IMG/VR virus record: IMGVR_UViG_3300025940_000007
Coordinates: 1 to 64,000 of that record
Length of the DNA stretch: 64,000 nucleotides
Source: a virus
Reading direction: 5' to 3' (one strand)
The notes beneath the pieces were generated by a model. It saw only the letters and a list, made by a program, of their open reading frames with translations, did no database searches and had not been told where the DNA came from. A program made the translations under genes and the position numbers. Shown here in pieces: positions 36,767 to 46,518 of the stretch (its first letter is position 1; every line of letters begins with the position of its first letter).

Positions 36767-37057
36767 GTGCTTTTAATCTGCGAGCGTTGCCACCGCTACT
36801 GGCGCCCACAGCGAGGCAAGAAGCGTCAGAACATCTGTCCGAAATGCGCTTGGCTCGGGCGATCGGCTGGCGCCAAGAAGCGGGAAGCCCGAAAGCGGAT
36901 AGTGGCTCAGACGCTCAGCGCGCCCGCTGGAGAGGCCGGGGCGCCTGCCCGCCCCTTCGACGCGGACGAACTGCTCCGCCTCATGGCTGACGCAGACAGC
37001 GCGGCTGCGCGTGCCCTCGAACTGGCACGAAGGATCGGCGCCAAGCTCGGCTCGTGA
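36767..37057 (+). CDS. hypothetical CxxC protein
   Basis: GGAGA RBS; CERC..CPKC. Confidence 0.55.
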   Translation: MLLICERCHRYWRPQRGKKRQNICPKCAWLGRSAGAKKREARKRIVAQTLSAPAGEAGAPARPFDADELLRLMADADSAAARALELARRIGAKLGS

Positions 37058-37298
37058 CGGGCGCCCGTAGCAGCGGCGCCTCGCACGTGGAGAATTTAGC
37101 CCGGGCGTTATTTCAGCCCGGCCCGCTGATCGGCTCTCCCGGCCAGCACACAGGCCGCCATCGTGAACATCCCGAGCGAGCCGCCTGCCATCATGCCGAC
37201 TGTAAATCCGACCCAGAACATCTCAGCACCCTCGACAAATGGACGGAGGCTTCGGCGGATACGGTGGGAGGTCATCGACCTGAGACGCTTGAGGTGGA

Positions 37299-37478
37299 TC
37301 AACGAAAGGAGGCGTGCGGCAGCACTCCGAAAATTGAGAGGATGCCGACGATCACCAGCACGGCAATGATGATCATGAGGCCCTTGCCCAAGAAGCCCTC
37401 CTCGACGTTGACGTTCATCCAGAACCGGATGACGAACGCGATCAGAATCAGAACGGCTGCAGCGACTAGAAAATACAT
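37299..37478 (-). CDS. two-TM membrane protein (holin candidate)
   Basis: two hydrophobic helices; close downstream of the endolysin. Confidence 0.45.
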   Translation of the reverse strand: MYFLVAAAVLILIAFVIRFWMNVNVEEGFLGKGLMIIIAVLVIVGILSIFGVLPHASFR

Positions 37479-37480
37479 GG

Positions 37481-37705
37481 TCAGTCCTCCGCTCGTTCGA
37501 TGAGACTGGCGATCTCGTAATCCAGCGAAGCGCGCCCGTCCCATCTGATGTAGACGTTGATCTTCCCAACACGCACAGCGGTGCCCCGCCTCGCGTACCA
37601 ATCGACGCGTTGCGCACGAACCATGTAAGTCTTGCTGTTGATGCGGGCGCCTTGCTCGGTCAGCTTGACCCGGTCGCCCCGCTGGAGGCGGTTCGTTCTG
37701 GCCAT
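37481..37705 (-). CDS. hypothetical protein
   Basis: LQRGDRVKL, SH3/KOW-like. Confidence 0.55.
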   Translation of the reverse strand: MARTNRLQRGDRVKLTEQGARINSKTYMVRAQRVDWYARRGTAVRVGKINVYIRWDGRASLDYEIASLIERAED

Positions 37706-37877
37706 GCTCGCTTACAATTATTGCAGTAGACAAAGCGCCAGCCCGGCACCGTCGAGCCCTTCTCAAGCTCGACGTGGTAGGCCTTGTGAAAAATCCTGCA
37801 CCAGACGCGATCAATGAGTTGCGTCATCTTCTCAGCCCCGATCTTCTTGACCCACGTGCCCAGTACCGCGCCGATCG

Positions 37878-39443
37878 TCACGCGACCATCTCCGCCGAGT
37901 CCTCGCTGATCAAGCGCTGTACCTCAAGAAGCATCTGGTTCGCCTCGTGCTTGATTTCAACTTCCTTTCGCCCGATCGGTCCCCAGTGCTGCCGCGCGTA
38001 GCGCAGCCCAACGCCAGTGACGAACGCGTGGAAAGCGGGAGAGTACTTGCTCAAGAATTGAAACTTCGCACCATCGCCTGATCCATAATTGCCGAGATCG
38101 TCTTTGTTCAACTTCACTCCATCCTGAAACGTGGTTAGGAAGCCATTCGGATTCGCCCAGTATTCCTGCAACAGCGGCGGGATCGCTGAGGAGAATGATC
38201 GGATATTCCAACTGGTCTGAAAGAGACTCGCTTCTGCAGTATCTGCCGTGACATTGCTCGCGCTCAGATCCCTCCCCTCACAATATCGACCAGATGATTC
38301 ACGCGCCCCGAGCCCGAGCAACAACACGAACAGATGCCGCAGCGTGTCGATGCCGTCCTCAGTGTTGGGCATGCCTGCGGCCATGAACTGTTCGCGAAGC
38401 CACGACAGCGCATCTTGATCGGGGAGGTTCCTATCCGCTTGCGCTGCCGTGGTCGCGATGGGATGGCCAGCTAGCAGGCGCGTCGCCGCCAACCCAAAGC
38501 ATTGTGCAATTCCTGACGTGTAACCCAGCGGCAGCTTGCCGCGATCCTTCCACGAATACTTCGCGATCGCGCTCTTCTCCGCGATGTCGATGATGCGCCG
38601 CGCGACATCCTGCGATAGTCGATCGTTGCCGGAGGCCTTGGCGTGCTCCAGATAATCGAGCGCGGCCCACGTCTTTGGACCGACAATGCCGTCAGACGTC
38701 ACACCGTCCCCATAAGCCGATTGATAACCGCGCACCGCTGCGTCGGTGATCGGGCCGAAGTCTCCATCAGCCGGAAACACGCCAAGAAGATTCTGCACGT
38801 AGATCACGTGATCGCCCTTGTCGCCCATGCCGATCGTCGGGCGCCCGGGCTCTTCCTCGGGGATCGGCGCGATCGGCTGCATGATCACCGGCTCGTCCGG
38901 ATCGACCGGCGGCTCGGCGTCGATGCTCTTGCCAGCCAGCGCGGACGCGATCGCCGCACACACCGCGCTGAATTCCTCCTCGTAGGTCGCGGCATCGCAC
39001 GAGCTATCCACGAACACCACCTCGACCAGCACGCTCGGCTTTGCGGTGTTCTTGAGGAAGAATAATTTTTCGTTGTACTTGGGACCGCGATTCGGCAGCG
39101 CTGTCGCTTTCGCAATGCCGTCCGCGATCTTCTTCGCGAGATCCTTCTGCGTGATGTACAAGCACTCCGTGCCCATCGGTGCGCTGGTGGTCGAGTAGGC
39201 GTTGAAGTGGATGCTCACATCGTGCGTTCGCGAGCACCCGTTGTGCCAATTTACGATGCGATTTAAATTCTCGTCCTGTGAGTGACTCCAGTCGTCGTGG
39301 TACGTTTTCGTTTCGACGCCTGCGCCGCGCAGCAACATCGCGACCTCTTCGACCACGCGGCGGGCCTCATTCACTTCGTCCAAGTAGCCGCTGGCGCCCC
39401 GGACGTATTTGGAATGGCCCGAGCTCATTGCGATTGAAACCAT
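37878..39443 (-). CDS. endolysin: Amidase_3, peptidoglycan-binding domain and a further C-terminal domain
   Basis: SSGH..E, SIHFNA, VLVEVVFVDS; DGDFGPIT..YQ..DGIVGPKTW. Confidence 0.9.
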   Translation of the reverse strand: MVSIAMSSGHSKYVRGASGYLDEVNEARRVVEEVAMLLRGAGVETKTYHDDWSHSQDENLNRIVNWHNGCSRTHDVSIHFNAYSTTSAPMGTECLYITQKDLAKKIADGIAKATALPNRGPKYNEKLFFLKNTAKPSVLVEVVFVDSSCDAATYEEEFSAVCAAIASALAGKSIDAEPPVDPDEPVIMQPIAPIPEEEPGRPTIGMGDKGDHVIYVQNLLGVFPADGDFGPITDAAVRGYQSAYGDGVTSDGIVGPKTWAALDYLEHAKASGNDRLSQDVARRIIDIAEKSAIAKYSWKDRGKLPLGYTSGIAQCFGLAATRLLAGHPIATTAAQADRNLPDQDALSWLREQFMAAGMPNTEDGIDTLRHLFVLLLGLGARESSGRYCEGRDLSASNVTADTAEASLFQTSWNIRSFSSAIPPLLQEYWANPNGFLTTFQDGVKLNKDDLGNYGSGDGAKFQFLSKYSPAFHAFVTGVGLRYARQHWGPIGRKEVEIKHEANQMLLEVQRLISEDSAEMVA

Positions 39444-39452
39444 GACGCGCTC

Positions 39453-41024
39453 CTATCTTGAGATCGGCGGCGATGGCGGTCCTGCCCGCCTGATCGCTTC
39501 GAGCTCTTCTGCGGTGTAGGTCTGCTCGCCGGAGATCGGCGGCCTCACTACGCCACCGGGATCGTTTGGTGTGGGCTCCCACGACTCGCCGGGATCTTCG
39601 ACCGGCGGCGCCGCCTCCGCCGGAGGCTCCCACGATTCGCCCGGGTCAATCACGATCGGCGTGAACGGTGGCGTCAGTGCGTCCGGATCATCGCCGGGTT
39701 GCCACGACTCGCCCGGGTCGCTCTCATCGGGGAAGACCGGCGTCAGCGAATCCGGATCGTTGGTCGGGTCCGCGTCGCGCTTCGCTTTCTCTTCCGCCGT
39801 ATCACCGTCCTGCACCCAGTCGATCCCGGCGCCAGTGCCCTTCGGGTTTCGCACGTTGACGCGCGTCGTGAAGCCGACACCGCGTGTATAATTGTGCTCG
39901 ACCTCGGTCATCGTATAGGTGCCGTCGATGCCGGGCCGCGCCCCGTCGATGAAGAGAAAGCCGTTGGCCTTGGCGTCCGGCTCGCCGTTGAGCAGCACCC
40001 AGCCCTCGCCGCGCCGTCCCTTGGTGTCGGCGCCAGTGCCAGCATTGTTCTGTTCGCCGGTCGCCTTGTCGGTCACCGAGTTGAGGGTATTGGCGACCGC
40101 TTGCGTACCGCCGAACGGCGTGCCGCCGGAGATCGCGCCCTTGATCGTCGTCCACTCGCCCTTGTGGGCGTCGAACATCCTCGACGCCGCCGAGCCATAC
40201 TGCGGGCGCCCGACCATCGGCTTGATCCGCCAGCCGATCAGGTTCACGCCCCAGATCGCTTCCACCGTCGGCATCTTCTCGCCAGCGGCGTTGACGCCCT
40301 CGATCTTGCCGATCAGCACCGCCGTGCTCTTCGAGATCTTGAAGATGCCGCCGACCTCCTGCGCCATGCGCTTGCCGAAATTCATCGGGCTGTCGTTGAT
40401 ATGCCAATAGTCGCGCGTGATCTTCTCCATCTCCGGCGACATCGCCACCGACAATCCGGCGGCGCCGAACACTTTCGTCATCATGTCCTTGAGCGGGATC
40501 TTGCCCTTGCCAGCCTCCGCGCTGTCGTCCTCTTTGCCTTCTCCCATAGAATCTTGCTGCGTCTCTTTGACCTTGCCTTTGCTGTTGGCGCCCTCGCCAT
40601 CAATCCACAGCCGCCGCCCGCCGCCTCGGCGACCGAACCCGGACTCGACCTTGACCACCCAGCCATCGAACACGATCACCATCCCCGGGCCGCCGAACTT
40701 CGCCTCCTGCTTTTTCTGTTCGTCGGTCATCTCCAGAAAATTCTTCGGGATGTTCTTGAAGCCCGCCGAGCCGCGCCCGGAATCGAACAGGCGCGGACCT
40801 TCGCCCGCCCAGCCCAGTGCGACCATAAGCTCGGCGCCATCCGGCGGGATCTGGAGCTCGGCGTTGCGATCGTCCAACTCGATGTGGCATTCGTCCATGC
40901 CGCCTTCGAGGTTGTCGATCGTCTGCACCGATATCAAATACGGGTGCAGCCGTGTCGAGATGTCATCACCGTTGACCAGTATCTGGCACACCGCGTGCCG
41001 TCGCGGACCCTGATGTTCAACCAT
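39453..41024 (-). CDS. P2 gpD-like tail/baseplate hub protein with Pro/acidic tail
   Basis: VNGDDIS..DECHIELDD; GIDGTY..VEHNY; position after gpX. Confidence 0.85.
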   Translation of the reverse strand: MVEHQGPRRHAVCQILVNGDDISTRLHPYLISVQTIDNLEGGMDECHIELDDRNAELQIPPDGAELMVALGWAGEGPRLFDSGRGSAGFKNIPKNFLEMTDEQKKQEAKFGGPGMVIVFDGWVVKVESGFGRRGGGRRLWIDGEGANSKGKVKETQQDSMGEGKEDDSAEAGKGKIPLKDMMTKVFGAAGLSVAMSPEMEKITRDYWHINDSPMNFGKRMAQEVGGIFKISKSTAVLIGKIEGVNAAGEKMPTVEAIWGVNLIGWRIKPMVGRPQYGSAASRMFDAHKGEWTTIKGAISGGTPFGGTQAVANTLNSVTDKATGEQNNAGTGADTKGRRGEGWVLLNGEPDAKANGFLFIDGARPGIDGTYTMTEVEHNYTRGVGFTTRVNVRNPKGTGAGIDWVQDGDTAEEKAKRDADPTNDPDSLTPVFPDESDPGESWQPGDDPDALTPPFTPIVIDPGESWEPPAEAAPPVEDPGESWEPTPNDPGGVVRPPISGEQTYTAEELEAIRRAGPPSPPISR

Positions 41025-41313
41025 TTTCTCCGGCGCCCTGTGTCATGTTGCCCTCGGGTGTCTTGCCCCAAAGGACAACGGTGTTCTTTCGTTGCGGGAC
41101 TCCACTCAGGATTTCGTAGTCGATCGGGATGCGCACTTGGGTGCCGACCGGTAGAAACGGCGAGTAACGATGAAGTTTCGCGAGGTGCGGATTGTCATCG
41201 AGCAGACGCTCGATCATCAGCGGCGCGCGGTTGCGATAGCGCCGCCACAGGATGGTGTCGGCGGTGATGTAGTCCGAGCCGACCGTGACGAGATCGTAAG
41301 AGACAACGTTCAT
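41017..41313 (-). CDS. P2 gpX-like tail protein
   Basis: DTILWRRY..NPHLA..LPVGTQVRIP. Confidence 0.85.
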   Translation of the reverse strand: MNVVSYDLVTVGSDYITADTILWRRYRNRAPLMIERLLDDNPHLAKLHRYSPFLPVGTQVRIPIDYEILSGVPQRKNTVVLWGKTPEGNMTQGAGENG

Positions 41314-41861
41314 GCGACATCCGCCTTGTACATCTGCACGGTGTTCGATGCTGCGTCGTTCGGGATCGGCACGCGCGTGAACTGCGCCTCGAACTCGATC
41401 TGCTGACCGATGCCGTCCTGCGCGAGAAACGTGTGGCCGCGATGCAGCGTTTCGATAACGTACCAGCCGTAGTGCCAGCCATCGCCGCGCATCAGAATGT
41501 GTGTCTGGCCGAGGCGCCGCATGTTGTCGAGCACATCGAGATGATAGAGGCCGCCGGAAGATGTCTCCTTGCCGACATGTTCCTGCAGCAAGCCGGTGTC
41601 GTTATCGAGCGTCGCCTTCGGGCCGTCGGTCTGCTGGCCGATGCCACGCGCCCGCGACTTGCGCGCGAAGAAGTGCGGGAAGATCTTGCCCTTCAGCGTG
41701 ATCTGCTCGTCGCTCTCACCGACCCATTCGCGGTACATCGCGGCGCCAGCGATTTCCTTCTTGGCCCAGTCGGCGCCCGTGTGGTGGGCGTAGTTATCCA
41801 CATTCATCGGGAAAACTTGGAATTGAATCGGTCCCCACTGAAACATGACCCAGTTTGCCAT
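41310..41861 (-). CDS. P2 gpU-like tail protein
   Basis: FQWGPIQF..WA..EWVG..ITLKG..RGDG..GWYVIE. Confidence 0.85.
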   Translation of the reverse strand: MANWVMFQWGPIQFQVFPMNVDNYAHHTGADWAKKEIAGAAMYREWVGESDEQITLKGKIFPHFFARKSRARGIGQQTDGPKATLDNDTGLLQEHVGKETSSGGLYHLDVLDNMRRLGQTHILMRGDGWHYGWYVIETLHRGHTFLAQDGIGQQIEFEAQFTRVPIPNDAASNTVQMYKADVA

Positions 41862-42065
41862 TTAGCTCTCCAAAAAATCGTCCCACTCATGCGCCGGTCC
41901 GACGATGGCTTTCCACGGTCGCTTGGTTGTCATCTGGTCGTGATCGCCGCCGCCGCTCTGCGCCTTGATGCGCTCGCACTCGTGCCGCTCACCGCGAAAG
42001 AATTCGGTGACCAAGATCGCGTTGTCCGGAAACTCGATGGTGTAGGTGACGACCCATTCCGTCAT
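41862..42065 (-). CDS. hypothetical protein
   Basis: short ORF between the tape measure and gpU genes. Confidence 0.5.
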   Translation of the reverse strand: MTEWVVTYTIEFPDNAILVTEFFRGERHECERIKAQSGGGDHDQMTTKRPWKAIVGPAHEWDDFLES

Positions 42066-45000
42066 GCAGCCCCGATGTCGGAGTAACTTGTCGCCCGTGC
42101 CTCGCGCACTTCGCGATCGGCTGATCGTCGCATCGATGAGCGCGCGAATTGTACCTCGTTGTCGTTGACCTTGAGATTGACGCGCTGCGTCACGTCGCGA
42201 TCTACAGGCGCCGCTGTTTCCGCTGGCTTTGGCTGCGCTTGACCCTCGATAGGCTTCGATTGTAGCGCTCCTTCGCCCTTCGGCTCATCGGCTGTGGCGG
42301 TTGCCGCCGCTGGTGCCGCCTGCGGTCGATTGGCATGATAGCGCTTCATGCCCTCCGGCGTCAGTTGCGTATGCACGTGCTTGGCGGTGGCCCATGCAGA
42401 CGGCCTGCGCACCTCATCGAGGATCTTGTAGTCCTGACCCTCGACCAGACCGCGCGACGCCATCTGCGCGCGGATCTTGGCCATCGCCGCATCGGCTTGT
42501 CTCTCAGTCTTGGCGCGGACGTCGAACGCCAGCGCGCGCGAATGCGAGGAGTGCGGATTGGCTATCGAAAGTTTGTGGTGCGGGCTGCGATAGCCAGACG
42601 TTACCGTCAGGCCAGCCCCTGACATATCGCCTGTCAGCGCATCGAGATTGCCCTTCGGCGTGCCGTCGCTGTTGAGCAACTGCCCCGTGGTCTCGGCTGG
42701 ACGCGGCACACGGGCGCCTGTCGCGACAGTTGATTCGCCTCCCGGCTGCACAGTGACTGGACCGGAGACCTGTGCTTTACCTCGCTGTGCGTTAACCCAC
42801 CTTTCAGTGCCCGGTTGAATACCAAACATATTGCCGCCGACTTTGGTCATCTTGTTCGGGTCATAGTTCGGGTCGCCGACCGTTCCTTGATCGGTGAGGT
42901 AATTGATTCTGTTAGACCCTCCCGAGAACACTTCCTTGTAGGCCTTGTCCCACAACTTTTGTTTCTCTGGAGTCCATGCGCTGTTGTACGCATCACGTTC
43001 ATGCTTCATCAATGGCCCTGAACCGGGATCACCGTGTAAACGCTTGAGCGGACCATAGAACTGACGCTTGCCTCTAGCATTCACAACCTGTTCTAGGGTC
43101 AAATTTCTGGACGCTGCGTAGTTCGACATTTGCTCCAAGTTGGCAGCTATGTTGCCGCCGCCTTCAGCCTGAAGCGTGCGGAAGATCTTCTGTTGGTTCT
43201 TGGGATCTTTCATCCATTCGGCATTGGATTGTTGAATGCGCGTCTTCATCACGTCTTCGTTGACGCGCTTACCTTGGTAGTCTCCTGCTGCCGTTCCGCC
43301 CGCCGTTGCCGCTGGCGCTGCTGTCTCATCGGAATCGGAAGACGACGTGCGCCCGCTGCTCGTGCGACCGCTGGTGCGTGGGATCAGACCTTGGTTGCCG
43401 TAGGACGTGCCACCGCCATAACCCTGCGGTCCACCCGGAGAGAATTGCGAGTAGCCGCCGCCAGACGCAGCACCGCCGCCGCCACCGAACGATGCGTTGT
43501 GGATGTTGCTGCGGAAGTCCGCAGGCAGATACAGCGAGTCAGAACTGCCACCATACGAGCTTCGCTGAGCGGGACCGGGAAGTTGTCCGGTGCCACGCGG
43601 GCCGAACTGAAGCGGATCACCGGGCTTCCAACCGGGAGGCACACCACCGGGTGGCGGGACATCCTCGCTCTTCTTTATCGCCTCATCGAGCGCCTTCTTC
43701 TGATCCTCCACAGCCTGCTGACCGGTCAGTCCACCCTCTGTGGCTTGGCCAAGCTGGTTGTTCATCAGCGGCGCGAGCGGATGGAAACCGTGCGGGCCAA
43801 CAAACGACAAAGCCGCCTTCTTGTATTCTCCCTTGTTGAGAAGATCGATCAGTTCTCCGATCCACTTCACGACACTGCCGAGCCGCTGCAATTCCTTGGT
43901 GACCATCGCAATGATGTTCGGCACGCCCATTGTCACCATCAGGCGACCGAATTCGTCAGCGAGCAAACCGATCGATGCCGACAACGAGTCAACACCGCCG
44001 CCGGTCGCCTGCATCACCTTGGTGCCGTCGATCACCGCCTGCTGTCCATTGCCGAGATCTCGGATCAACTGGATTTTCTTGGCGATCTGGCCGTTGTTTT
44101 CTTCCTCCAGTTTCTTCAGGAGCAGGCGCTGCTTCACATCGATGTTGCGATAGAAGGCTTCCTTCTCGTGCAGCGGCATCGCCTTGATCAGGTTGACGAT
44201 GTAGGCCTGTTGATCGCCGCCCTGCTTCTTGATGTTGTCGAGTTGCTCGGCCCAAATTTTATTCGGGATGCCCATCGCCTGCCCGAGATTGCTGGCTTGG
44301 CCGAACGTCTGCATCAACAGCCGGGCGCCGCGCGAGGTGTCGCCCATGATGTCGGTGGCGATACCGAGTTGAACACCCAGCCGCGCGATGCCGTCGGTGC
44401 CCTTGTAGCCAGCGTCCTGCGCCATCTGGCCGAGCTCGCCGCTGGTGCCGACCAGATCCTTCATGTCGATGTTGGTCTCGCGAACGATGCCCGCGAGCAT
44501 TTCCATTGTCTCGTTGAACTGGGTCGCCGGGATATTCATGTTGCGCATGAAATCCGTGGTGACCTTCGCCAGATCTCCGGAGGTGGTGTTTCGCAGCCCC
44601 TTGGCGACGACCGCCAGCCGGGGGAATCTCCTGATCGCCTCATCCAGCGTGATGTTCAATCCGGTGCGGAGCTTGTCGGCGGATTCGAGCGCTTCATCGA
44701 AATGGGTCCCGGTGACTTGCGCCGCCTTTCGCAGCGCCGCCTCGGACTCTCCAAGCGCCTCCTTGGTCGCCTTGGTCGCGTTCCCCAACTGAATCATCTT
44801 CCGCTCGCTCTCGGCAAAACCGAGGTACGAGCGGCGCGCGGCCTCGGCGGCGCCGATTAGCGACAGATGGCTCTTCAATACGCCTTGGATGGCGTTGTTG
44901 ACCTTCTGCGCCGCCGTGACTTGCTTGTTGGCGCCTTCTTCTGCGCCCTTGCCAGCATTCCTTGCAGCCGCCGCTGCATCATCGAGTGCCTTCCTGTGCT

Positions 45001-45202
45001 TGAGGACGTTCTCCAGTTGCTCTTGGTACGTCATATGGTTCGAGCGACGCGTGGCCTCCATCGCGCGCTTGGTGCTCTCGTTGATCTGCAGAATCTTCTC
45101 AAGCGACTTGATGTAGTCGTCGGCGTTCTTCTTCGCCGACTTGTACATCGCACCGGTTTTGTCTTCACCGGTAAGTGTAATTTTGCTTTCTTGATCGGCC
45201 AT
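42062..45202 (-). CDS. tape measure protein with C-terminal M15-like peptidase
   Basis: long helical N-terminus; VTSGYRS..SSHSRALAFDV..HVH. Confidence 0.88.
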   Translation of the reverse strand: MADQESKITLTGEDKTGAMYKSAKKNADDYIKSLEKILQINESTKRAMEATRRSNHMTYQEQLENVLKHRKALDDAAAAARNAGKGAEEGANKQVTAAQKVNNAIQGVLKSHLSLIGAAEAARRSYLGFAESERKMIQLGNATKATKEALGESEAALRKAAQVTGTHFDEALESADKLRTGLNITLDEAIRRFPRLAVVAKGLRNTTSGDLAKVTTDFMRNMNIPATQFNETMEMLAGIVRETNIDMKDLVGTSGELGQMAQDAGYKGTDGIARLGVQLGIATDIMGDTSRGARLLMQTFGQASNLGQAMGIPNKIWAEQLDNIKKQGGDQQAYIVNLIKAMPLHEKEAFYRNIDVKQRLLLKKLEEENNGQIAKKIQLIRDLGNGQQAVIDGTKVMQATGGGVDSLSASIGLLADEFGRLMVTMGVPNIIAMVTKELQRLGSVVKWIGELIDLLNKGEYKKAALSFVGPHGFHPLAPLMNNQLGQATEGGLTGQQAVEDQKKALDEAIKKSEDVPPPGGVPPGWKPGDPLQFGPRGTGQLPGPAQRSSYGGSSDSLYLPADFRSNIHNASFGGGGGAASGGGYSQFSPGGPQGYGGGTSYGNQGLIPRTSGRTSSGRTSSSDSDETAAPAATAGGTAAGDYQGKRVNEDVMKTRIQQSNAEWMKDPKNQQKIFRTLQAEGGGNIAANLEQMSNYAASRNLTLEQVVNARGKRQFYGPLKRLHGDPGSGPLMKHERDAYNSAWTPEKQKLWDKAYKEVFSGGSNRINYLTDQGTVGDPNYDPNKMTKVGGNMFGIQPGTERWVNAQRGKAQVSGPVTVQPGGESTVATGARVPRPAETTGQLLNSDGTPKGNLDALTGDMSGAGLTVTSGYRSPHHKLSIANPHSSHSRALAFDVRAKTERQADAAMAKIRAQMASRGLVEGQDYKILDEVRRPSAWATAKHVHTQLTPEGMKRYHANRPQAAPAAATATADEPKGEGALQSKPIEGQAQPKPAETAAPVDRDVTQRVNLKVNDNEVQFARSSMRRSADREVREARATSYSDIGAA

Positions 45203-45212
45203 CAGATCGACC

Positions 45213-45644
45213 TCACGGCTCTTCGCTCATGTCGAAACCGGCCTCGGGCAATGGATCGCCCGGCCCATGCATTGCCGTGAAGTCGGGATCAGGGGCGCCG
45301 CTGCCGTTGGTGGTGCGCGGTGCCTCCTCCGTTGCGATCTCTTCAATCTTCAACGGAATGCGGCCATTGAGGACGTCGTCGCGAATCTCGGGAGTCAGCA
45401 TCTGCATGAAAGTATCCAGCACCCGATCCGCGTCCGGGTAGCGCAGATCGCGGATGATGGCTTCCTCGATGCCGGACAACTCCACCAGTAGTTCGATGGA
45501 CGTCTTCCACGCGCCCTCATTCCATCGCAGCACGTGACCGAGGCGAAGCGGCCCAATCGATATCGCCTCGATCTTCTGTTTGTTGAACTCGAACGGGATG
45601 AACAGTTGAACAGTTCGCCCGCCGGTCTTGTCGAGAGTGATCAT
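45213..45644 (-). CDS. tail assembly chaperone
   Basis: LSG..IRDLRYPDADRV; lies between tube and tape measure genes. Confidence 0.75.
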   Translation of the reverse strand: MITLDKTGGRTVQLFIPFEFNKQKIEAISIGPLRLGHVLRWNEGAWKTSIELLVELSGIEEAIIRDLRYPDADRVLDTFMQMLTPEIRDDVLNGRIPLKIEEIATEEAPRTTNGSGAPDPDFTAMHGPGDPLPEAGFDMSEEP

Positions 45645-45813
45645 GCGTGTCCCTAATGGTGAAACCAGATGGTGATGACGTTCTCACCCTTATCGACGCG
45701 CTGATCAATGAACTCGACGTCTTCGTGGCCGCCAGCACCGTCGGTGTCGGCGACCACCACACGCTTGTTCGGATCGTGCTTCTGGAGCTCTTTGACGAGT
45801 TCTGCGACCGTCA

Positions 45814-46461
45814 TTAGCTAACGATCCCGCCAGCCTGCGCAGGCGTGCTAGGACCGGTCTGCGGCTTGTCAACCGAAGCCGTCGGAATGCGAAGCAGATT
45901 GATCATCTCCGCATTGAGATCGTTGCCACCGATGCGCCGCTTCGAAGTGAAGAAGTCCCAGTGATAGATCTCGAATGGCGTCTGGCCATTCTCGGTCAGT
46001 TGCATGGTCAGCTTGTAGGAGACGATCGACTTGATCGAATACTCGTGCGACATCAGGTTGCCTTTGGAGAAGGCAGTCGGGTTGACGCGACCGAGCCTGC
46101 CCTCGATCACCGCCATCGCCTGCAACGCCTTGCTGGTCCGACGATCGCGGATCAAACCGTAGGCGGTGAAGCGCTGGTAGTAGGGATCGTTCTGCCCGAT
46201 GTACGCCATCAGCACAGGGTCCCAGCCCGCCAGATTGAACGTCGCTTCGAGCTTGTTCATGTGCGTCGGCACTTCGATGGCGATCGGGGCGCCGCCGGGT
46301 GCGTGATCGACATAGTTCTCTTCCATCGCAGGGAGCTTCAACTCCTGCAGAACGAGATGCGTCGAGATGCCGGGAGCACCGGCAGAGCCCGGGGCTGTGG
46401 GTCGCGTGTCGCCGCAAATCAAGTTGGCGCTTTCCATCACGTAGATCGTTGCGTTAGCCAT
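45814..46461 (-). CDS. major tail tube protein (P2 FII-like)
   Basis: LKLP..PGG..KLEATF; follows the sheath gene. Confidence 0.85.
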   Translation of the reverse strand: MANATIYVMESANLICGDTRPTAPGSAGAPGISTHLVLQELKLPAMEENYVDHAPGGAPIAIEVPTHMNKLEATFNLAGWDPVLMAYIGQNDPYYQRFTAYGLIRDRRTSKALQAMAVIEGRLGRVNPTAFSKGNLMSHEYSIKSIVSYKLTMQLTENGQTPFEIYHWDFFTSKRRIGGNDLNAEMINLLRIPTASVDKPQTGPSTPAQAGGIVS

Positions 46462-46518
46462 AGACGATTCCTTTCCAAAGGAGTGAGTGGCGGGCAGATG
46501 GTGCTGCCCGCCCGACGG

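Noticed and set aside
35838-36809. ORFs over array 3 (e.g. 35950-36543)
   Set aside because: The periodic ASPA/PGSP peptides are a by-product of the repeats.
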